From positions 1,182,643 through 1,246,642 of the forward strand of contig CBDFJL010000003.1 in NCBI GenBank assembly GCA_965248495.1: a DNA stretch of 64,000 nucleotides. The letters are read 5' to 3'. Shown here in pieces: positions 56,729 through 64,000 of the stretch. A model generated the notes under the pieces. That model saw nothing but the letters and a program-made list of their open reading frames with translations, searched no databases and was not told the origin of the DNA. This DNA is from Dehalococcoidia bacterium (GTDB taxonomy: Bacteria > Chloroflexota > Dehalococcoidia > Lucifugimonadales > Australimonadaceae). Made by a program: the position numbers and the translations under genes. Each line of letters starts with the position of its first letter. The stretch's first letter is position 1.

Positions 56729-59700
56729 ATGCGACCTAGCTCCCGGTCCCAAAGATTGGGCATGGCAGCGATGGTCGTTGTTTTGGTCCTGCTCTATGGG
56801 TTCACCAGCCTATTGACCACGTCTGCGCAGAGTGAGACCCCTCCCGACAAGCTGTCCGGGCTGTCCACCGAGGCCGGCGACACGCAGGTGAGGTTGAGCT
56901 GGGAGGACCCCACAGATTCGACGATAGACAAGTACCAGCTATGGCAGATTGCCGAAAGGGCAACTCTCACTGCCGCCAACATCGATTTGGACGATCAGTT
57001 CGGGGATTCTGTCGCGGTGGCCGGCGACGCGGCAGTGGTCGGGATGCCCGGGGGCGACGACACTCAGAACAACTCCGGGACAGTCCTCGTGTTCACCCGT
57101 GATTCCAACGGCGACTGGAGCCAGGCGGCGAAGCTCAAAGCCGGCGATGCCGGAGCGGATGATCACTTCGGGACTTCTGTAGCGCTGGACGGTAACACTA
57201 TGGCGGTAGGCGCGTTCTGGGACGATGGCAACGGCTCGCAGTCCGGCTCGGTCTATGTATTCACCGAGCCCACCGGCGGCTGGGGCGGCTGGGACTCCCT
57301 GAATGACCTTGCCAAGGCCGCTTTGACGGCCAAGATCGTCCCCGCCGGCGTCGCTGCGGGCGACGAGTTCGGACGTTCCGTGGCGGTGGACGATAGCACC
57401 GGGACCATCGTGGCCGGGGCGTGGCACGACGATAGCAACGAAGGTTCGGCTTACGTCTTCACCGAACCCACCGGCGGCTGGAGCGGCTGGGGCACCTTGA
57501 CTGATCCTGCCAAGGCCAATTTGACGGCCACGCTCACCGCCTCCAACGCTGCGGTGAACGACTACTTTGGCCATTCCGTGGCAGTGGACGGTGACACCGT
57601 TCTGATTGGGGCGAGCGGGAGAGACAGCGGCAAAGGTGCGGTGTACGTATTTACCAAGCCCGAGACCGACGGCGGTTGGACCGGCAACTTAGATATCGAC
57701 ACTGGTGACGCGACCAAGCTCACCGCCTCCGATGGCGCTAACGACGATTTCTTGGGTGCTTCCGTAGCGATCGACGGTGGCACTGCCGTGATCGGGGCGA
57801 TCGGGGATGACGCGAACGAAGACGACGGCGACGACACCAATAACCTCACCAATGCCGGTTCCGCTTACGTTTTCATCGAAGGTCCTAGCGCGTGGAGTCA
57901 GGCGGCCAAGCTCACCGCCTCCGACCGCGAGGTCGACGAGCGAGACGACAGCCAGTTTGGGATTTCCGTAGCGGTGAGCGGTGACATCGTAGTTATCGGG
58001 GCGGACGGAGTCGACCAAAGTGCCACCGAGACCAATTTCGGTGCGGCCTACGCCTTCACCAAGCCCGCCACCGGCTGGGCCGACAATACCGAGACGGCCA
58101 AGCTCACCGCCTCCGATGGCAACACTAACCACGATTTCGGCTCTTCCGTCGCAATAGACGGTGACACGGTCGTGGTTGGAGCGGAGGGGAAGGACAGCGG
58201 CGAAGGCGCGGCCTACGTGTTCGACATCGTGGACTGGGAAGACATCGCCGGTAGTAACGCGGGGACCACGTCCCATATCGTGACCGGTCTGACCAACGAC
58301 ATCGACCACACCTTCCGGGTGCGCGCGGTGGACGGCGCCGAAGCCAGTGATCCGTCCGCCTCTGTGGCAGGAACCCCGAAGGCAGCTTCCTACGCTCCGG
58401 TCAAACTCTTAAACTTTTCCGCCGCGCAGACTGGCGACGGTGAGGTAGAGATGACGTGGGACGCGCACCGCTACCCGCTGACCGTCAGTGGTTATGAGTT
58501 CAACCAGGACGGTGGCGATTGGAACGCCATCACAGGGAGCGATTCCAGCACCCATTCCCATACCGTCACTGGCCTGACCAAGGGCACCACGTACACCTTC
58601 GCTGTACGCGCCGTCAACGGCGCCGGTTCAACTGAGTCCGACTCCAGGTCCGTGACGATAATCGGACAGTCGGCGGCGCCCGACTCATTCACCGCCGTCG
58701 CGGGCGACGAACAGGTGTGGCTTGGCTGGAGAAGCCCCGCAGATTTCACCATATCCGGGTACGAGTACCAGCAAAAGACCGGGGGCGACTTCGGCGACGA
58801 TTGGACCTCCATTCCCGGGAGCAGGTCCGGGACCACCTTCCATATCGTGACCGGCCTGACCAACGACACGTCCTACACGTTCCGGGTCCGCGCCGTGAAC
58901 GCTGCGGGAGGAAGCGATGCGTCCGTCGAGAAGCCCGCGACGCCGGGGGAGGCGTCTTCGGCCCCGGGCGTACCCGAAGGCTTTGCCGCCAGACAGACCG
59001 GCGTCGGCCACGTGAAGTTGACGTGGGTAGCGAGTTCCAACCCGTTGAACGTCACCGGTTACGAGTTCAGACAGAACAACGGCTCTTGGACCACCATCTC
59101 CGAGAGCGATTCCCGCACCGTCTCCCACTCCTTCACTGGCCTGACCCAGGACGTCACTTACACCTTCCGGGTCCGCGCCGTCAATAACTCCAGCAATGGC
59201 GTCTCCTCCGGCGCCGAGTCCGTGATTGTCGTCGCCGAACCGGCAGCGCCGACCGATCTCGCCGCCAAAACGGGCGACACCCAGGTGGGGCTGACCTGGA
59301 AGGACCCCGGCAATGCGTCCATAGCCAAGTATCAGATCTTCCAGTTCCCTGAGAGTGTCACCAAGCTGATCTCCAGCGACCGCGATGGCGGAGACGAGTT
59401 GGGGTGGTCGGTCGCCGTGGACGATGACACCCTGGTGATTGGGGCCCTCGGGGACGACGACACCGAGAATCTATCCGGTTCGGCCTACGTATTCACCAGG
59501 GTTGCCGGTGGCTGGACCCAGGCGGGCAAGCTCACCGCCAGCGATCCCAAGGTGGATGCCGGCTTCGGGCATGCGGTCGCCGTGCATGGTGACACCATCA
59601 TCGTTGGAGCGTACGAGGACGACCTCGGAACAAAGACTGATGCTGGTGCGGCGTACGTCTTCACGAAGTTCGGCGGCGTCTGGGGCAACGCTCCGGTCTC

Positions 59701-62700
59701 AGGAGACCACAGAGTAGAGACGGCCAGGCTCACTGCCTCCGACGCCCTGGCCGACGACGAGTTCGGAACGTCGGTGGCCGTACACGAAGACACCATCGTG
59801 GTCGGGGCTCCCGAGAAAGACACCAATCCAGACCCCAACGTCGACAATGCCAGGGGTTCAGCCTACATCTTCACCAAGCCTGCGAAAGGCTGGGCCGACA
59901 TGACTGAGACGGCCGCACTGAGCGGCCAGTCGGATGGCGACCGGTTCGGTCGCTCCGTAGCGTTGCATGGTGACACGGTCGTGGTCGGAGCGTTCGAAGA
60001 AAACGGCGATAGAGGTGCGGCTTATGTGTTCACGAAGCGCGCCGCCACCGGAGTCTGGGACGATTGGGATGACACCAGTGTCAGCAATGCAACTCCCAAG
60101 CTGACCGCCTCCGACCGCGCCAGTGGCGACCGGTTCGGCCGAGCCGTAGCCATGGACGGAGACACGATCGTAATTGGTGCGCCCTACCACGACTACGACG
60201 ACCCCGATGACAACACCAACGATGTCAGCGACTCCGGTGCAGCGTACGTCTTCATCAAGCCCGCCACCGGCGGTTGGGCCACCGACACCGAGACCGCCAA
60301 GCTAACCGCCTCCGAACGCGCGGAGAACGACCAGTTCGGGTATTCCGTCGCGGTGGACAGCAACACCGTCGTGGTTGGTGCGGACCGAGACGACAGCAAC
60401 CGTGGTTCCGCGTACGTCTTCACCGAGCCCTCCACCGGCGGCTGGACCGATACGGAAGGTACGGACCCGCTCACGGCCTACGATCGCAGTGGGAACGACC
60501 ACTTCGGCAACTTCGTGGCGGTCGACGGTGACACCGTGTTGGTTGGAGCAGTCGGGGACGATAGCGGTAAGGGTTCGGCCTACGTGTTCGGCACCGGTGA
60601 GTGGGCCGACATCCCCGGCTGCGGAGCGGCGACGATCTCTCACATCGCCAGGGGTCTGCGCAACAACGTCAAGCACACCTTCCGGGTCCGCGCGGTGAAC
60701 GCGGCGGGAGCAGGCGACGCGTCTGAAGCGGACGCGAAGCCCGTGGCGGCGACGTTCGGCCCCTCCAGACCCGCAGACCTCACCGTCACTCAGACCGGCG
60801 TCGGCCAGGTGCGCTTGGCGTGGACCGCGAGCACTGAACCGCTGACCGTCAGGCGTTATCAGTACAAACAGAACGATGGTGGCGGCTTCGGTAATTGGAT
60901 CGGCATCGAAGGAAGCGATTCCAGCACCGCCTCCCACACGATCACCGGTCTGATCGGCGGGATCGAATACTCCTTCACCGTCGGCGCCGTCAACGGTGAA
61001 GGTCAAAACGCCTCGGACGTCGAGTCCGTAACTCTAGAAGCCCAGGCCGCGGCGCCCAGCAATTTGGACGCGGACGCGAGCGACGAGCAAGTGAAGCTGA
61101 GTTGGGACGATCCCGGTGATTCGACCATAGACGAGTACCAGCACTTCCAGATCAACCCGAGCAAGCTGACCGCCTCCGACGGCCTTCGGGGCGACGAATT
61201 CGGATATTCGGTGGCGGTGGACGGCAATACCGCCGTGATCGGGGCGTACCAAGACGACCACGACGACGACGACGGCAACACCATCGGCAATGCCGGTTCG
61301 GCCTACGTCTTTACCAAGGTCTCCGGCGTGTGGAAGCAGGTAGCCAAGCTCACCGCCGATGACGGCGCGGCGAACGACGAGTCCGGGTATTCGGTGGCGG
61401 TGGACGGCGACACCATCGTGGTTGGGACGCATCAAAACGACGCCGATACCAACGACAACGACGAAGGCGCGGCTTACGTATTCACCAAGCCCGCCAGCGG
61501 CTGGGCCGACATGACTCAGACAGCCAAGCTCACCGCCTTCGGCGGTGCGGCGGGCGACGAGTTCGGAATCTCCGTGGCTGTCGACGGCAACACCATCCTG
61601 GTGGGAGCGCACCAAAACGACAGCGACGATGGTGCAGCCTACGTCTTCACCAAGCCCTTCACCGGCTGGGCCGACAGCAGCGAGACCGCCAAGCTCATCG
61701 CTTCCGATGCCGCGGCGGACGACGAGTTCGGAATCTCCGTCGCGTTGGACGGCGACACCGCGGTGATCGGGGCGCGTCAGGACGACGACAACGGCAGCCA
61801 GTCCGGTTCGGCCTACGTATTCACCAAGGTCTCCGGCGTGTGGAGCCAGAAGGCGAAGCTGATCGCCTCGGACGGCGCGGCGAACGACGAGTTCGGAATC
61901 TCCGTGGCGGTGGACGGCGATACCGCCGTGATCGGGGCGCGTCAGGGCGACACCAGGAACGGTGCGGCTTACGTATTCACCAAGGTCTCCGGCGTGTGGA
62001 GCCAGAAGGCCAAGCTCACTGCCGATGATGGCGCGGCGAACGACGAGTTCGGAATTTCCGTCGCAGTGGAGGGCGACACCGTCGTGATCGGAGCATACCA
62101 GGACGACGATCACGGCGATCTATCTGGCTCGGCCTACGTCTTCACCCGGGACTCCTCCGGTGGGTGGCGCCAGAGGGACAAGCTCACCGCCTCCGACGGC
62201 GCGGAGCGGGACCGCTATGGGTATTCCGTCGGGGTCAGCGGCGACACCGTCGTGGTTGGTGCGTATTCGGATGATAGTAACGAAGCCAATACCGGTGCGG
62301 CCTACTTTTTGCGTATTCCGGGTTGGACCGACATCCCCGATAGCGCCGCGACGACCACCTCTCACATCGTCACCGGCCTGACCAATGACGAGGAACACAC
62401 CTTCCAGGTGCGGGGCGTGAACGCCGCAGGCGCGGGTTTGGCCTCGGCCCGCGCCCGAGGTACTCCCACGTTTGCGATACCGAACCGGCCCACGGGTTTC
62501 GCCGCGGACGCGGGCGATACCGTAGTGAACCTGAGTTGGGATGACCCCGAAGATTCGACGATAGAGAAGTACCAACTGCTCCAGATTATTCAGGGCGGCA
62601 AGCTGACTACCGCGTCCACCGACGACCCGGTGGTGCGGGGCGACGGGTTCGGAATCTCCGTCGCGGTCGACGGCAACACCGCCGTGGTCGGGGCCTACAG

Positions 62701-64000
62701 GGACGACGACGCTGGCGCTGATTCCGGTTCCGCCCACGTCTTTACCAGAAGCTCGTCTACCGCTCCGTGGAACTGGGCGGCCAAGCTCACCGCTTCCGAC
62801 GCCGCGGAGAACGACGAGTTCGGCATCTCCGTGGCGGTGCACGGCGACACGATCGTCGTGGGAGCGCACCAAAACGACGCCGACGAAGGCGCCGCCTACG
62901 TTTTCACCAAGGTCTCCGGTGTCTGGGGCCAGAAGGCCAAGCTCACCGCTTCCGACGCAACAGCGGACGACGCGTTCGGAATCTCCGTGGCTGTGCACGA
63001 CGAAACCGTGGTCGTAGGAGCGCACCTGGAAAACGCCAATGACGACGACCAAGTCATCACCGACGACGTCAACGACTCCGGTGCGGCGTACGTCTTCACC
63101 AAGCCCGGGAGCGGCGGCTGGGCCGACACCACCGAGACCGCCAAGCTCACCGCTTCCGACGCCGCGGAGAACGACCAGTTCGGAATCTCCGTGGCTGTGC
63201 ACGACGAAACCGTGGTCGTAGGTGCGCACCTGGAAAACGCCAATGACGACGACGTAGACACCACCGACGACGTCGCTGACTCCGGCGCCGCCTACGTCTT
63301 CACCAAGCCCGAGAGCGGCGGCTGGGCCGACGCCACCGAGACGGCCAAGCTCACCGCTTTCGGCGCCGCGGAGAGCGACGAGTTCGGAATCTCCGTAACG
63401 GTGCACGGTGACACCGTCGTGGTCGGGGCGCACAAGTACGATGTCGGCGTCGGCACCGAGAAGGCTAACGCCGGTGCGGCCTACGTCTTTATCAAGCCTA
63501 CCGGCGGTCCTTGGGCCGACGGCACTGAGACCGCGAAGCTCATCGCCTCCGACGCTATGAGAGGAGACGAATTGGGGATTGCCGTGGCGGTGGACGATAA
63601 CGAGGACACCATCGTGGTCGGGGCCTACCTGGACGACGACAATGGCGACAATGCCGGTTCGGCCTACGTTTTCACCCAGGATTCCAACGGGTGGAGCCAG
63701 AAGACGAAGCTCACCGGCCTCTCCCGCGGAAAGGACGACTGGCTGGGGTATTCCGTTGCGGTCGTAGGCAATACCGTCATCGCCGGAGCGAACAAGTCCA
63801 ACATCAGCGGGCCCGATTCAGGCGCCGTCTACCTGTGGATAGTCGCGCAGTGGGCCGACATCAACGGTAGCGGACCGACGACCACGTCCCACACCGTCAC
63901 CGGTCTGACCAACCGGCTCGAGTACAGCTTTCAGGTCCGCGCGGTGGACAAGGTGGAAGGGACCGGCGCCGGACCGCCCTCGGACCCCCTCAGGGCCACA
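56729..64000 (+). CDS. giant secreted FG-GAP-like beta-propeller / fibronectin-III repeat protein (5-prime partial, at least 2,424 aa)
   Basis: Frame is open from ATG 56729 to the window end, so it is absent from the ORF track (no stop); signal peptide MAAMVVVLVLLYGFTSLLTTSAQS; 28 D-x-FG-x-SVA-x-DG-x-T-x-VVGA...GAAYVF blades and about 8 FN3 units. Confidence 0.85.
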   Translation, partial: MRPSSRSQRLGMAAMVVVLVLLYGFTSLLTTSAQSETPPDKLSGLSTEAGDTQVRLSWEDPTDSTIDKYQLWQIAERATLTAANIDLDDQFGDSVAVAGDAAVVGMPGGDDTQNNSGTVLVFTRDSNGDWSQAAKLKAGDAGADDHFGTSVALDGNTMAVGAFWDDGNGSQSGSVYVFTEPTGGWGGWDSLNDLAKAALTAKIVPAGVAAGDEFGRSVAVDDSTGTIVAGAWHDDSNEGSAYVFTEPTGGWSGWGTLTDPAKANLTATLTASNAAVNDYFGHSVAVDGDTVLIGASGRDSGKGAVYVFTKPETDGGWTGNLDIDTGDATKLTASDGANDDFLGASVAIDGGTAVIGAIGDDANEDDGDDTNNLTNAGSAYVFIEGPSAWSQAAKLTASDREVDERDDSQFGISVAVSGDIVVIGADGVDQSATETNFGAAYAFTKPATGWADNTETAKLTASDGNTNHDFGSSVAIDGDTVVVGAEGKDSGEGAAYVFDIVDWEDIAGSNAGTTSHIVTGLTNDIDHTFRVRAVDGAEASDPSASVAGTPKAASYAPVKLLNFSAAQTGDGEVEMTWDAHRYPLTVSGYEFNQDGGDWNAITGSDSSTHSHTVTGLTKGTTYTFAVRAVNGAGSTESDSRSVTIIGQSAAPDSFTAVAGDEQVWLGWRSPADFTISGYEYQQKTGGDFGDDWTSIPGSRSGTTFHIVTGLTNDTSYTFRVRAVNAAGGSDASVEKPATPGEASSAPGVPEGFAARQTGVGHVKLTWVASSNPLNVTGYEFRQNNGSWTTISESDSRTVSHSFTGLTQDVTYTFRVRAVNNSSNGVSSGAESVIVVAEPAAPTDLAAKTGDTQVGLTWKDPGNASIAKYQIFQFPESVTKLISSDRDGGDELGWSVAVDDDTLVIGALGDDDTENLSGSAYVFTRVAGGWTQAGKLTASDPKVDAGFGHAVAVHGDTIIVGAYEDDLGTKTDAGAAYVFTKFGGVWGNAPVSGDHRVETARLTASDALADDEFGTSVAVHEDTIVVGAPEKDTNPDPNVDNARGSAYIFTKPAKGWADMTETAALSGQSDGDRFGRSVALHGDTVVVGAFEENGDRGAAYVFTKRAATGVWDDWDDTSVSNATPKLTASDRASGDRFGRAVAMDGDTIVIGAPYHDYDDPDDNTNDVSDSGAAYVFIKPATGGWATDTETAKLTASERAENDQFGYSVAVDSNTVVVGADRDDSNRGSAYVFTEPSTGGWTDTEGTDPLTAYDRSGNDHFGNFVAVDGDTVLVGAVGDDSGKGSAYVFGTGEWADIPGCGAATISHIARGLRNNVKHTFRVRAVNAAGAGDASEADAKPVAATFGPSRPADLTVTQTGVGQVRLAWTASTEPLTVRRYQYKQNDGGGFGNWIGIEGSDSSTASHTITGLIGGIEYSFTVGAVNGEGQNASDVESVTLEAQAAAPSNLDADASDEQVKLSWDDPGDSTIDEYQHFQINPSKLTASDGLRGDEFGYSVAVDGNTAVIGAYQDDHDDDDGNTIGNAGSAYVFTKVSGVWKQVAKLTADDGAANDESGYSVAVDGDTIVVGTHQNDADTNDNDEGAAYVFTKPASGWADMTQTAKLTAFGGAAGDEFGISVAVDGNTILVGAHQNDSDDGAAYVFTKPFTGWADSSETAKLIASDAAADDEFGISVALDGDTAVIGARQDDDNGSQSGSAYVFTKVSGVWSQKAKLIASDGAANDEFGISVAVDGDTAVIGARQGDTRNGAAYVFTKVSGVWSQKAKLTADDGAANDEFGISVAVEGDTVVIGAYQDDDHGDLSGSAYVFTRDSSGGWRQRDKLTASDGAERDRYGYSVGVSGDTVVVGAYSDDSNEANTGAAYFLRIPGWTDIPDSAATTTSHIVTGLTNDEEHTFQVRGVNAAGAGLASARARGTPTFAIPNRPTGFAADAGDTVVNLSWDDPEDSTIEKYQLLQIIQGGKLTTASTDDPVVRGDGFGISVAVDGNTAVVGAYRDDDAGADSGSAHVFTRSSSTAPWNWAAKLTASDAAENDEFGISVAVHGDTIVVGAHQNDADEGAAYVFTKVSGVWGQKAKLTASDATADDAFGISVAVHDETVVVGAHLENANDDDQVITDDVNDSGAAYVFTKPGSGGWADTTETAKLTASDAAENDQFGISVAVHDETVVVGAHLENANDDDVDTTDDVADSGAAYVFTKPESGGWADATETAKLTAFGAAESDEFGISVTVHGDTVVVGAHKYDVGVGTEKANAGAAYVFIKPTGGPWADGTETAKLIASDAMRGDELGIAVAVDDNEDTIVVGAYLDDDNGDNAGSAYVFTQDSNGWSQKTKLTGLSRGKDDWLGYSVAVVGNTVIAGANKSNISGPDSGAVYLWIVAQWADINGSGPTTTSHTVTGLTNRLEYSFQVRAVDKVEGTGAGPPSDPLRAT

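Noticed and set aside
61034-63433. Two long minus-strand ORFs (359 and 437 aa), plus others at 56939-57574, 57689-58309 and 60302-61006
   Set aside because: They are antisense to the giant FG-GAP/FN3 gene, whose plus-strand frame is open for 7.3 kb with a periodic blade motif. The minus-frame products are Gly/Val/Arg/Asp repeats produced by the codon periodicity.

Overview
High-GC bacterial DNA; I cannot assign a phylum from the sequence alone. The window falls into four blocks. (1) 0.2-26.6 kb is a large Wzx/Wzy-type polysaccharide locus. It holds about 19 co-directional minus-strand genes with stop/start overlaps: eight GT4-like glycosyltransferases, four SAM methyltransferases, a deacetylase, nucleotide-sugar enzymes including wecB, a flippase and a polymerase. 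A divergent plus-strand set encodes a priming sugar transferase, a Wzz-like co-polymerase and a second O-antigen-ligase-like protein with a TPR tail. (2) 26.7-35.5 kb is an 8.8-kb integrative element bracketed by exact 44-bp direct repeats equal to positions 1-44 of tRNA-Val(CAC). It carries a tyrosine integrase, a triple excisionase-type HTH protein with an internal 243-bp tandem duplication, and a 13-gene tightly coupled module. That module has a small FtsK/HerA-type P-loop ATPase, small membrane peptides and beta-rich proteins, with no tail, terminase, relaxase or replicase genes. I consider this the best candidate for an undescribed system: a tail-less provirus or a minimal integrative element. 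(3) 35.5-56.7 kb is a lower-GC mosaic island starting directly at the tRNA. It contains a large serine recombinase whose ORF runs antisense into the tRNA, an RHH gene, IS21 and IS3 copies or fragments, and truncated recombinase, transposase, DnaE2 and replication-relaxation-like genes. It also holds an ECF sigma/anti-sigma pair, a paralogous gene pair and secreted or membrane proteins. (4) 56.7-64.0 kb is the 5-prime 2,424 codons of a giant secreted protein in which 7-bladed FG-GAP-like propellers are inserted inside fibronectin-III domains. No rRNA or CRISPR was seen. All functional calls come from motif recognition by eye; no searches were run.
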